Assembly (NCBI GenBank): GCA_964599625.1 | Contig: CAZRGC010000004.1 | Coordinates: 75,705-139,704 of the forward strand | Source of the DNA: an uncultured Gammaproteobacteria bacterium | GTDB lineage: Bacteria; Patescibacteriota; Microgenomatia; UBA8517 | Length of the DNA: 64,000 nt | Direction: 5' to 3' | Shown: positions 40,218 through 49,660 of the stretch, one piece after another | Layout of the letters: the number at the start of each line of letters is the position of its first letter | Numbering within the stretch: the first letter of the stretch is position 1 | Program-made: the position numbers and the translations under genes | The notes under the pieces: generated by a model | Database searches by the model: none | What the model was told of the DNA's origin: nothing | What the model saw: only the letters and a program-made list of their open reading frames with translations

Positions 40218-40726
40218 TGATACTTTCTCAAAAAAAGAACTCTGGTTTTACTCTCGTGAATCCAAATTCTGAGGGCAAAGCTAAAGGCTTTACCCTCATT
40301 GAACTTTTGGTGGTTATTTCTATAATTGCAATTCTTGTTGGTTTATCCATATTTGGACTTCAAGGTGCTCGTGAATCTTCAAGAGACGCCAAAAGAAAAG
40401 CGGACCTAGAGCAAATCAGAAGCGGAATAGAAATTTACAGGGCTGATTGTAGCACTTATCCTGTGGGCTCTGGCGGTGTTTCGGGAGTTTTGGGGAGTGC
40501 ACTTACGGGTGACGACAGCAGCACTTCGTGCGCTTCAACAAACACCTATATTAATCAGGTACCTTCGGACCCAATTTCACCCAACAATTATTATGTTTAC
40601 GACTCCTCTGGTACAACTTATGAGATTTGCGCAGCTTTGGAACAGGGTAACCCAAGTACAGTTAACTGTGGCGGTATTTCTTCGTGCGGTGGGGCGTCTT
40701 GCAACTATAAAGTAGTTAATCCATGA
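40214..40726 (+). CDS. type IV pilin with extended leader (…SGFTLVNPNSEGKAKG|FTLIELL)
   Basis: ATGA overlap with the previous gene. Residues 9-26 repeat the leader unit of the neighbouring pilin. Confidence 0.75.
   Translation: MMILSQKKNSGFTLVNPNSEGKAKGFTLIELLVVISIIAILVGLSIFGLQGARESSRDAKRKADLEQIRSGIEIYRADCSTYPVGSGGVSGVLGSALTGDDSSTSCASTNTYINQVPSDPISPNNYYVYDSSGTTYEICAALEQGNPSTVNCGGISSCGGASCNYKVVNP
40244..40285 (+). repeat. third copy of the 42-bp pilin-leader repeat (1-2 mismatches vs 39714-39755)
   Basis: ggttttactctcgtgaatccaaattctgagggcaaagctaaa against ggcttcactctcatgaatccaacttctgagggcaaagctaaa. Confidence 0.8.
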
Positions 40727-41247
40727 TCAAACACAATGAACGGAAAAATTATGAAACCAAATCGTTTGGCTTCACACTTATTGAGTTGCTTGTGGGACTC
40801 ACCATAATTGGTTCTTTGTTTGGTTATGGATTTGTTAGTTATCGTGATTTTACAAGAAGGCAAACTTTGTCCAGTCTTGGAAAGCAGATTCAGGGAGACA
40901 TTCGTTTGGCGCAAGCAAACGCCATTAGCGGTTTTAAACCTACCGTAGGGGCTTGCGACAGTACATATGTGTTGGACAACTATAGTTTCAATGTATTATC
41001 CCCCACCGAGTACGAGGTATTTGCAACCTGTAGCAAAGTTGGATCGCAAAGTACGATACAAACAAAAGATGTTGAATTGCCTGCAGGAATAACAATCGCC
41101 CCGACCTCGGTTAACCCCATCACATTTAAGGTTCTTGGCCAAGGAAACAACATTCAGTCGGGCTCTAGTGCGACAATTGTTCTTACCCAAGCAGGAACCA
41201 ATGCAACTTACACAGTAACCATAACTTCGGGAGGAGAAGTAAAATGA
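40723..41247 (+). CDS. minor pilin / pseudopilin (GspH/FimT-like)
   Basis: SFG|FTLIELLVGLTIIGSLFGYGF prepilin N-terminus. Confidence 0.7.
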   Translation: MIKHNERKNYETKSFGFTLIELLVGLTIIGSLFGYGFVSYRDFTRRQTLSSLGKQIQGDIRLAQANAISGFKPTVGACDSTYVLDNYSFNVLSPTEYEVFATCSKVGSQSTIQTKDVELPAGITIAPTSVNPITFKVLGQGNNIQSGSSATIVLTQAGTNATYTVTITSGGEVK

Positions 41248-41684
41248 GAGAAAACGGCCAATCGCTTTTTGAGGTTGTTATCGCACTTGCAATCAGTGCC
41301 GTTATTATCATTGCTTTGGTATCGTTGGTTACAAACTCCATTAGAAATGCGGTGTTTTCCAATAATGACACTCAAGCCGGAATTTTGTCTCAAAAAACAA
41401 TCGAGTGGCTAAGAGGTCAAAGGGACGAAAATATTGCCACCTTCCTGTCTGCGGCCCAAACACCATCTTACTGTATGGAAAATCTCGACTTTAACCAGAC
41501 TGGAGAATGTCAACCTAATGATTTTATCCCTGGAACTGTTTTTCTTAGGCAGGTTGATTTTTCGCTGGGAACTGTTTCAGGAAAAACAGTTGTTACAGCC
41601 AGTGTTAAAATAAAATGGAATGACTCATTGGGTGATCACGAGGTAGACAACTCGACAAATTTTACAGATTGGAGACAAAGATGA
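41244..41684 (+). CDS. minor pilin-like protein
   Basis: NGQ|SLFEVVIALAISAVIIIALVSL, with E at +5 after the Gln/Gly. Confidence 0.65.
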   Translation: MRENGQSLFEVVIALAISAVIIIALVSLVTNSIRNAVFSNNDTQAGILSQKTIEWLRGQRDENIATFLSAAQTPSYCMENLDFNQTGECQPNDFIPGTVFLRQVDFSLGTVSGKTVVTASVKIKWNDSLGDHEVDNSTNFTDWRQR

Positions 41685-42181
41685 ACCAAAAATCACAACA
41701 AGGCGTATCTTTACTCGAGATACTTGTAGTTGTTACTATATTTGCAATTCTTGGTGTTGTTGTCAGCAGGTCGGTTCTTTTGACTCTCCAGGGGTCCAGA
41801 AAAACTGAGTCTATTGTTAAGGTAAGAGAAAATTTAAGTTATGCAATGAATATAATAGAAAGACAAGTGAGGAATGCTGATTCAATTCCGGCCTGCCCAC
41901 TTACTGATCCGAACACATTAACTTACACAGATACGTTTGGTCAGTCTACATCTTTTACTTGTGTAAATATAGGTCAGGAAACAGGAAACGTTGCATCCGG
42001 ATCTGCTAGGCTGACAAACGACAGTATCACTGTTACAGCCTGCAGCTTTGCATGTGAGCCGGGGACGGTAAACAACCCAGCCTCAATTGTTGTGGATATA
42101 ACAGCAGTTGACAGAAACGCACTTAGTTCGTCCACTTCCAGCGTGTCTTTGTCTAATAAGATCTATCTTAGAAACTATTAA
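41669..42181 (+). CDS. minor pilin-like protein
   Basis: QQG|VSLLEILVVVTIFAILGVVV prepilin-type N-terminus. Confidence 0.65.
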   Translation: METKMNQKSQQGVSLLEILVVVTIFAILGVVVSRSVLLTLQGSRKTESIVKVRENLSYAMNIIERQVRNADSIPACPLTDPNTLTYTDTFGQSTSFTCVNIGQETGNVASGSARLTNDSITVTACSFACEPGTVNNPASIVVDITAVDRNALSSSTSSVSLSNKIYLRNY

Positions 42182-44040
42182 ACAATTACGACCTTTTTAA
42201 TGGCAGGGTTTCTTAGAAACGACCGTTCAAGATTTCTAATCTTTCCTGATGGCAGGTTTTCCACAATTAGTGTGGCACGGAAGTGATCTTTGCCTGAATC
42301 TTCGTAAGGCTCGTTTATCATTGGTTTTATATTCCCCCCATATTTACCGACAACTTTACCTATAAATCCCAACAAGTCTTTGACATCATCACCCTCAAGT
42401 CTTATGGAATTCAGGTTGAGATCATCTTTGGATAAATGAAACTCATCCATGGCTTTGTCCAAGTCTTCCACGCCAAGTTGTCCTAACCCAATCATTCTAT
42501 AAAGATTGCTTACATACCTTTTGGCACCCAAATGTCTAAGCATTCTGGTTACTTTTTCTGAATGTTTGGGAAATCTAATCAAATCGTATATGTCAAACAG
42601 TCCCCTTTTGGCCAGTACTTCTCTAACCATAGACTTACCTTTACTGATTGTCTCTTGGTCTTCAAATTCTGCTCTTTGATCTTCTATGGCTTTACGGGCT
42701 GGTGGTAACACGTAATTTACCGCTTCTGCATCGGGAACGGCACGTGGCGGCCCTACAATCACATCTACAGTGGACGCGTTGGGAATAATTGTTGATATTG
42801 GAAATTCAACTCCGTCTATAAAAATACCTGTTGCTTGCGCGCCCATATGCTTTTCTATTGAATAAGCAAAATCTAGTCCCGTTGCCTCCGGCCTTAGGAA
42901 CTTAACCTCACCACTGGGTGTGAATATAAGTTTAAGTGTGTAGCTAGTTATGTCAGTTTGCCCGCTTCTTATTAAACTTAATACACCATGGTTATTGAGG
43001 TCTTCTCTTTTAGATGTGGTGATAGCAACTTCAAAAGAGCGTTTTCCGGAGGAAAATGGGTAATCTAAAGTAAGCTGTATTGCGCTATAACCGTTGTCCC
43101 TTGCTTTGTACAAAAAATTATCAAACCGCGACGAGTCTTCCATTTCACCGAAGTTGGCCCAGATTGCACCCAGGATCATTAACCCTTCATTTTCTGCTTT
43201 TTGCGTTGATTCTGAATCGTCTGTAATTATCCTGAAACTTACCACATCGTTGATTTTGGAAAATCTGTGTTCACGGATCATTTTGTGCCTTATTCTGGCG
43301 ATACCATTGGTTTGAATTTCAATTCTTGCGTCTATACCCAAAGACTTTACCAAATTATCAAGCTTGGAAGTTGTGTAGCCGATGAAAAGTTCACTTGTCC
43401 TGGGATCTTCCTTTAACATGTGGGAAAAGCGAGTGTATTCGTCAGGATTTGTGAATTTTAGCGACAAGTCTTCCAGTTCAATCATAACTTTCCACATACC
43501 CAAAGATTCTGCAAGTTTTGCGTAGCTTAAAGTTTCTTTGGCTTTGGCAACTCGTTTTTCGGGAGGCATGAAGTTTAATGTCCTCATATTGTGCAGCCTG
43601 TCAGCCAGCTTAAGAAGTGCAACCCAAGGATTAATAAGTGTTCTATCGAATATTTTTCTGACGGTTTCTTTGTCTGCCGACTTTCCGTTTGTAACTTTGT
43701 CAGATCTGAATTTGGATACACCCTCCACCAAAAAGGCAACTTCCTCTCCAAATTCTTTATTTATATATTCCAGCGTAAGGTCTGTATCTTCTACAGTATC
43801 ATGGAGAAGTGCTGCTGCAACTTTGTCGGGAGAGTTTTTGATGCCCCATTCTTCGTAGATTATTTTTGCAACCTCGGTGCAGTGGGTAAAGTATGGAGCC
43901 CCTTCTTTTCTGAATTGGCCTTCGTGGGCTTGTGATGCGACTCTCCATGCCTTGAGTACAAGTGGGGTGTTTTTGACATAATCCTCAAAAGTCGAGGCAC
44001 CCTCAACTCTGTCAATTGATCTTTGCCTTTCCCCCTTCAT
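42178..44040 (-). CDS. rel: bifunctional (p)ppGpp synthetase/hydrolase, RelA/SpoT homolog (HD + synthetase + TGS + ACT)
   Basis: HD motif HCTEVAKII...LLHDTVEDT, synthetase DVVSFRIITD...GYSAIQLTL, and TGS GEVKFLRPEATGLDFAYSI. Confidence 0.88.
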   Translation of the reverse strand: MKGERQRSIDRVEGASTFEDYVKNTPLVLKAWRVASQAHEGQFRKEGAPYFTHCTEVAKIIYEEWGIKNSPDKVAAALLHDTVEDTDLTLEYINKEFGEEVAFLVEGVSKFRSDKVTNGKSADKETVRKIFDRTLINPWVALLKLADRLHNMRTLNFMPPEKRVAKAKETLSYAKLAESLGMWKVMIELEDLSLKFTNPDEYTRFSHMLKEDPRTSELFIGYTTSKLDNLVKSLGIDARIEIQTNGIARIRHKMIREHRFSKINDVVSFRIITDDSESTQKAENEGLMILGAIWANFGEMEDSSRFDNFLYKARDNGYSAIQLTLDYPFSSGKRSFEVAITTSKREDLNNHGVLSLIRSGQTDITSYTLKLIFTPSGEVKFLRPEATGLDFAYSIEKHMGAQATGIFIDGVEFPISTIIPNASTVDVIVGPPRAVPDAEAVNYVLPPARKAIEDQRAEFEDQETISKGKSMVREVLAKRGLFDIYDLIRFPKHSEKVTRMLRHLGAKRYVSNLYRMIGLGQLGVEDLDKAMDEFHLSKDDLNLNSIRLEGDDVKDLLGFIGKVVGKYGGNIKPMINEPYEDSGKDHFRATLIVENLPSGKIRNLERSFLRNPAIKKVVIV

Positions 44041-44067
44041 GGTTAAGGGATTATATATAGAAGTTAT

Positions 44068-45849
44068 TTATGGGGCAACTTCTTTCCAGTTTATTCTTCT
44101 TGTTCCCAAGACTGAGGGGAAGAGCAGTGACAAGTCCGGTGCGTATTCAAAGTATTCTGCGGGTGTTGTGAGATTTGATCCACCAAGGTCACGCTGAAGT
44201 GTTACAGAATCATAACCTGCAACAGAACCCCTCATCCTAAGTGGCAAGGCAGAAACCCCTGTTGAAAAAGAGCCTGATGCTACATAAATTCCTTCCAAGT
44301 CATACGCATTGCCGCCAAGTGCCGGATCGATGTTTATATCACCTTTGTTGCCCAATGAATCTTTGCCTGCAACTATCAAAAAGAATCCTGATCCTTTGGT
44401 GAAGTTAACTGTATCGCTAATATTGACATTGGCTGATGCTGCCAAAACAACAACTTTTTTAGATCCCAAACTCAAAGCAGAATTGATTGTTAAATCCAGA
44501 CCGCTTGAGGAGCCATCATATCGATACCAGTAATACCCGTACGATGGTGTTGAATTTGCATCAATCGCCGCCTGATCCAAAACATTGCTGGACAGTGTTG
44601 TTACCACGGTGTCTGCAGGTATTTGGTTGTTAAAATAGTTGTAATCATATTGTTTTTGGATTGGTGTTTCTGACTGGACCAGCCAACCAAGCTGTGAAAC
44701 ATCAAGACTATTCAGGCTTGTAGATATAACATAAGAAGGTATTCCAGGGTATCCTCCGGCACCTGCAAGGCTAAAATATTCCCCAGTAGGGACTGAACTG
44801 TCCAATACCCCCGAGCTTGCAACGTCTGCATCCATAACCTGCCACCACGGGGTTGCTGCCAAAACAGTGGTGCTTATGTTGTTTGTACATCCCAGAGTAC
44901 CTCCTGTAACGTATACGTTCTCTGTTATTGTCACCGATGACGTGGTGGGTGCTACGCCGGTTGCTACTGTTTGATATGCATAAGTTGCGTCACTCGCAGG
45001 GCTTACAGTTACCTTGGAGGCGTCACTGCTTGCAAATGTAACTTGTGTTATGCCAGTGCCAGAGGTAAGACTTGAAGTTATTGTTTGTGTTGATCCGTGA
45101 TTCAAAGTGACCGATGAAGGGCTGACATTACATGAAGAAACATAAGGTGCAGATGATGTTGTGTAAGATGCGCAGTTAGCATCCTGTACATTCATAACAG
45201 TCCAATAATAAACGGTATTAGGTGCAAGATTGGTAACTGTGTATGCGTTTTGTGACGAAGACATTGCTGTGGTAGAGCTATCTAACTTAACAGGACAAGT
45301 GCTAGTCCCCCCGGAACTACCTGCACAGCCTGTCTGGGGATCTGAATCTGTACTAACATATAATGCCTGGTAAGGGTTTGCGCCGCCGGTTGCCCCCGGA
45401 GTCCATTGCAATAGCACGCCAGTCGAAGAAAGTCTGGTGGTACTTAAGTTAGTAGGTGCTGTTTGGCCACATGTCCAAGCCTGTGTACAGGAATTTGTGC
45501 ACGCACAACCACTGCAACAATTACTTGTGCAACCGGGATTTGTGGTGGGTTGGGGTTGGTCTTGAGGACAACAATATCCATCACTGGCTCTATTACAAGG
45601 GTATGTGCCCGGCTGACATTGAGGAGAGTTGCAGCCGTTGTAGGAATTGTTGTCATTACAGGTTGCATAAGAGCACCACCCTGTTCCGGTTATGTTACCT
45701 GACGCGTCTTTGACATCGCAAATATATGGGTGGTAGGTCCAGTTAGCGCAAACACATTGAGCTTTTACTGTTTTTATTTCAGAGACAACAAAAAAGATTA
45801 AAAAAAACCCAAAAACTGCTATTAAGATTTTATGACCTATTTTCAACAT
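44068..45849 (-). CDS. large secreted protein with Cys-rich N-terminal module, fibronectin-III-like domain and Ser/Thr-rich body
   Basis: N-terminal TM/signal, ~30 Cys in the first 130 aa, and an FN3-like LSTTRLSSTGVLLQWTPGATG...YQALYVS. Confidence 0.6.
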   Translation of the reverse strand: MLKIGHKILIAVFGFFLIFFVVSEIKTVKAQCVCANWTYHPYICDVKDASGNITGTGWCSYATCNDNNSYNGCNSPQCQPGTYPCNRASDGYCCPQDQPQPTTNPGCTSNCCSGCACTNSCTQAWTCGQTAPTNLSTTRLSSTGVLLQWTPGATGGANPYQALYVSTDSDPQTGCAGSSGGTSTCPVKLDSSTTAMSSSQNAYTVTNLAPNTVYYWTVMNVQDANCASYTTSSAPYVSSCNVSPSSVTLNHGSTQTITSSLTSGTGITQVTFASSDASKVTVSPASDATYAYQTVATGVAPTTSSVTITENVYVTGGTLGCTNNISTTVLAATPWWQVMDADVASSGVLDSSVPTGEYFSLAGAGGYPGIPSYVISTSLNSLDVSQLGWLVQSETPIQKQYDYNYFNNQIPADTVVTTLSSNVLDQAAIDANSTPSYGYYWYRYDGSSSGLDLTINSALSLGSKKVVVLAASANVNISDTVNFTKGSGFFLIVAGKDSLGNKGDINIDPALGGNAYDLEGIYVASGSFSTGVSALPLRMRGSVAGYDSVTLQRDLGGSNLTTPAEYFEYAPDLSLLFPSVLGTRRINWKEVAP

Positions 45850-46361
45850 CTTTTTTGAAAATAATTAACAGGTATCTGACTCGAAAACGCCCACCAATCG
45901 TAACTTGTTATTTCTTTAACATTTCTTTCATCTTCCTTGCTTGTTATCACTTGAATATAATCACCCTGTTTCAAAGACTTTTGCCAGTCCTGATAATTCA
46001 TATTAGCATTTTTTGTAATATTCTGTTGTGGGTTTTTCCATCTTTCATCTTTGCACAAACTAAAGCTTGAAAAAACTGTATTTGAATTTGTTTTAAATTT
46101 CTTTAGACCGTCATAATTAAACAGCCATATCGTACTAGTTTTGTTAAAAGTGACTTGTTGAGAATATATACCAGAGTAGACCCCTGATTTTGGAAAGTTT
46201 CTTAACTGTCTTACGGAATTTTCTTTTAATTGCTGATCAAGAGTGTTTATATAAGAAAACGCCTCCCAAATTTTGGTAATGCCGAAGAAAAAAAATATGA
46301 AGCTCCCAATAGACACAAAAATAATGAGGAAAAGACCAATCTTTTGTATAAGTGCTTTCAT
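45843..46361 (-). CDS. membrane-anchored hypothetical protein
   Basis: N-terminal TM LFLIIFVSIGSFIFFFFGI. Confidence 0.5.
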   Translation of the reverse strand: MKALIQKIGLFLIIFVSIGSFIFFFFGITKIWEAFSYINTLDQQLKENSVRQLRNFPKSGVYSGIYSQQVTFNKTSTIWLFNYDGLKKFKTNSNTVFSSFSLCKDERWKNPQQNITKNANMNYQDWQKSLKQGDYIQVITSKEDERNVKEITSYDWWAFSSQIPVNYFQKRC

Positions 46362-46407
46362 TCACATCAATTAAAGCACACCAATATTGAACCTTCAATA
46401 TGCCGAG

Positions 46408-47916
46408 TTATCTGGAGTAGCTTGTTTCTAAGACTATACCTTTATCACTAATATATCCCGGGTCACAGTTTTCCCCGAAATTATCCAACTTGGTTTGCAA
46501 GTCTGGATATATGCTGAACGAATTTACAACGAGAGGGTTTTTGAAATATGGGTTATCTGAAACAATTCCGGACTCGAATTGGTTGGATATAACAAGCAAG
46601 TTTCCCGCCTTTGCCCAATTCTTAATAAAATCAACTGTTTGTGAGGTTGAGTTTCCGTCGATTCTGTATACAAAAATGTTCCAAACTCCAGTATTTAAAC
46701 TTTTTGAATAAGAGAAAGTGGGCAATATTAAAAAACTTCTGGACTGAGGGAAGTCGTATCCCACCTCACCCGGCTGCAGTGTTGTAACACCATATGTTAT
46801 TCCACGCCTTACCATTGCCGTTTCTGGATTTGAAAAATTGTTTTTATTAGGGTTTCCCACAAACGTCAACTCATGGCTATTTCCGTAACACTGTACAATC
46901 TCCACTTTTGCTGGATCAAACTGATCAACAGGTAAACTTTTTAACCAATTTAAATAGTTTCCATTAAACAGGTCTTGGTAAGGAACTACACAATCTGCGT
47001 ATTTTTCAGGTGTACATATAGGGTATTGTTTAACTTCTTTTGTGGGAACTGGAGTAGAAGTTTCAGTGACAGCTTTTGTAGATACTGCGTTTGGAGTAAT
47101 TGTGGGTGTAGAAACTTCAACTCCGCTTCCATTCGGGTGATATGACACCTCGACAAAATTTGCTCCGTTTTCTACTTCTACGCCTGTGTTGGTTGTATTT
47201 GTATCTCCTTGGTAAAAAGGTGGGAAGAAAACAACTTTTCCGGTTTTTTGGTTTACGCTAAAAAGCGGAGTAACCGACTCAGGGTCAAGTTGGTCAACGG
47301 CTCCCAAAACGGTTTCACCATCTCCTGCAACCGGATCAACTTCACCAAGTTCAACAAATCTATCGATGTTTCCATCAAAAGAGGGTATCAAAACTTCAAG
47401 GTCGGGAACATTATCTTTGTTGGAATCAATTTGAGCTACATCAAAGCCAACATACGACTTTCTTGTACCATCCGGTTTTTCTTCACCTAATATCATTGTA
47501 AAAGGAGCACAAGCTTGAGCATTTTTACCTTCCATTCCAAACTCAACAACCTGAGATTTTTCAGGGTTCAGATCCAAGCCTTGTGCCTTTGCAGACGATT
47601 TAACGTTTTTAATAAAATCGACTTTAGGATTTTTAACCATGCTTATCCCCGTAATCTCCCCAACACCGCTCGGCCCCATTAGATTTTCAGACATAATCGG
47701 AAGCAAACTTGCATCCAGATTGCCAATTCCCAAGTCGGGAGCGACGGTAAACATGTGTGTGTCACAATATGGTTCCGAAGTTGGCGTTGGTGATGGCTGG
47801 TCAGCGGTAGGTGTGACGTAGCCGTAGGTTTTTCCACCACAACCAGCGAGAAGTGCTCCCACAACCATGGCCGAAGTTAGCCTGGCCCACCAAGGTAAAC
47901 GGCGTTCTTTAAACAT
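46408..47916 (-). CDS. lipoprotein (lipobox LLAGC) of unknown function
   Basis: MFKERRLPWWARLTSAMVVGALLAGCGG gives a signal peptide plus lipobox Cys. Confidence 0.6.
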   Translation of the reverse strand: MFKERRLPWWARLTSAMVVGALLAGCGGKTYGYVTPTADQPSPTPTSEPYCDTHMFTVAPDLGIGNLDASLLPIMSENLMGPSGVGEITGISMVKNPKVDFIKNVKSSAKAQGLDLNPEKSQVVEFGMEGKNAQACAPFTMILGEEKPDGTRKSYVGFDVAQIDSNKDNVPDLEVLIPSFDGNIDRFVELGEVDPVAGDGETVLGAVDQLDPESVTPLFSVNQKTGKVVFFPPFYQGDTNTTNTGVEVENGANFVEVSYHPNGSGVEVSTPTITPNAVSTKAVTETSTPVPTKEVKQYPICTPEKYADCVVPYQDLFNGNYLNWLKSLPVDQFDPAKVEIVQCYGNSHELTFVGNPNKNNFSNPETAMVRRGITYGVTTLQPGEVGYDFPQSRSFLILPTFSYSKSLNTGVWNIFVYRIDGNSTSQTVDFIKNWAKAGNLLVISNQFESGIVSDNPYFKNPLVVNSFSIYPDLQTKLDNFGENCDPGYISDKGIVLETSYSR

Positions 47917-47948
47917 TCAAAACATTATAGGACCAATAAATTTAAATG

Positions 47949-49076
47949 TCAAGTTTGTTTATTTCTTAAATTTATGGCTAATTTGTGCATTCTCGCTTTA
48001 ATATTTCCCCGTTCTATGACCCCTAGAATTACAAACATTAACCAAATAAAAGTAGGTATTAGATATGTGCGATCGAAAGCCAGGTTTGTAACAATTGCGA
48101 TAAATAGCGCAATATTCGCTCCATTTTTACTTTCTAGCCTGCTTTCAAATACAACTTGTTTTAATGTGAGGTATATCCAATAAATACCTATAGTTGCAAA
48201 AACACCGTAACCCACAACTATTTCCACAATTAGGCTGTGGACAATTTCTACCCCTGGGTAGTATTTTGGGAAGTTGCCAAAGCCAATACCCCACGGATTC
48301 TTAATAAGCAGTCCAAGCGACTCTGCAAAATATGGCCTTGAAAAGATGGTTGTTTTCTGTGTTCCAAAGTAAACTATTAGGCACAAGCCTAATATAAATA
48401 TGATATTTAAAACCATTTTTTGTCGATATTTGTGTCCTGAGATAAGGTATACAAACAAAACGGAAAATATAAGCGAAACCACTGCTGATCTGGAAAAAGA
48501 GAAAGCTACAAAAAACAGCGAAATTGCACTGAAAAATATATTGAACGGTTTAAATCCAACTGTGGGGTCTAGTATGCTGGGGACCACAGCAACCGCAAAA
48601 ACGTCGCCAATGTGATTGTGCTTAGACGTGGCTGTGGGATGGAATAAATTTTCAGACACATCAGATCTAAGGTCTTTGCCGATATTTGCAAATAGGAACA
48701 GGGCCATAACTATAGAAAGTATCCTGATAACCCACGGTATGTGTTTAGCGATTTCATCTTTGAGGTTATGGGCGGTTATCCAATAGACCGCACCTGAAAC
48801 AAGTATGATAAACAACTTCAGGTTTCCCCCAAAAAAAAAGTAGTGTGTTAGTCCCGTAATTAAAAACAATAAATATATTTTGAAATATCTGGGAAGTTTT
48901 ATATTGATGCCTGCATACAACAATAGCCCCCAAAAAAACAAATTAAAACAAAACGACAAAAAAATAGGATTTGCCATACTTCCCCCCAATGAAGCAAGAA
49001 TCAAATTGAAGGTGAGTAATGACAAAAATAGATACGAAATATTCTTTTTGTTTAATAACCTGCTGACCCGTAGCAT
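47949..49076 (-). CDS. Wzy_C-domain polytopic protein (O-antigen ligase / PglL-type O-oligosaccharyltransferase family), paralog 1
   Basis: FSRSAV..., IFSRPYFAESLGLLIKNPWGIGFGNFPKY...VHSLIVEIVVGYGVF gives the G-x-G-x-G-x-F ... H ... E Wzy_C signature. ~10 TM helices. Confidence 0.7.
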   Translation of the reverse strand: MLRVSRLLNKKNISYLFLSLLTFNLILASLGGSMANPIFLSFCFNLFFWGLLLYAGINIKLPRYFKIYLLFLITGLTHYFFFGGNLKLFIILVSGAVYWITAHNLKDEIAKHIPWVIRILSIVMALFLFANIGKDLRSDVSENLFHPTATSKHNHIGDVFAVAVVPSILDPTVGFKPFNIFFSAISLFFVAFSFSRSAVVSLIFSVLFVYLISGHKYRQKMVLNIIFILGLCLIVYFGTQKTTIFSRPYFAESLGLLIKNPWGIGFGNFPKYYPGVEIVHSLIVEIVVGYGVFATIGIYWIYLTLKQVVFESRLESKNGANIALFIAIVTNLAFDRTYLIPTFIWLMFVILGVIERGNIKARMHKLAINLRNKQT

Positions 49077-49127
49077 TTTAAGATTCTAACATTTTGTTTT
49101 ATATCAGATATTAGTTTATTATGAATT

Positions 49128-49592
49128 ATGGATTCTGAAAGTAATTCTGAAAAATACTTGCGTGTGATAATTGTAGTTCTTGTAGCTCTAATACTTTGCG
49201 GAAGTGGTTTTTTTATTACGGTCTACTTCCTTAAGAAAGATAAAGTAAATGTAAGTGAGGCGGCTGTTACAACCGATAGAAAAATCAAAATCGTTGATAA
49301 AACTAGTATTGATAAGATTTATGACTACACCACTTCGAATATACCTTCTGGACAAGAAACAAAAATATATGGAACTTTTGTTTCGGCAGACTTAGAACAA
49401 AGAATCATTGACGGAGAGAAGTATGTTTACGTTATTGGAATAAAAAACGACGATGGAAGTTTAACCAAAGTGCACTTCAAGAGCGATGAATACGAGGCTT
49501 TTGGAGGAACAATTCCAAGAGGAAGTTTTTGGGTTACAATGCCTGTTGTTGTTACCATAAATTCTTTGGGAATCTCTTTAGAGAAAAATTAA
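49128..49592 (+). CDS. small N-terminally anchored protein, paralog of 50769..51209
   Basis: N-terminal TM VIIVVLVALILCGSGFFITVYFL. The C-terminal segment VHFKSDEYEAFGG aligns with IHFTQEEYDYVDP in the paralog. Confidence 0.5.
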   Translation: MDSESNSEKYLRVIIVVLVALILCGSGFFITVYFLKKDKVNVSEAAVTTDRKIKIVDKTSIDKIYDYTTSNIPSGQETKIYGTFVSADLEQRIIDGEKYVYVIGIKNDDGSLTKVHFKSDEYEAFGGTIPRGSFWVTMPVVVTINSLGISLEKN

Positions 49593-49660
49593 TCCTAAAA
49601 ATAAAAAAGTCAGGTACTGTTTTACATACTTTGTTTTTGGTATGAGTTTTTTCCTAGAGA

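Noticed and set aside
39672-40285. Spaced near-identical 42-bp repeats as a possible CRISPR array
   Set aside because: Only three copies, two of them tandem with no spacer. All are in-frame inside pilin leader peptides. No cas genes are present. These are coding repeats, not CRISPR.
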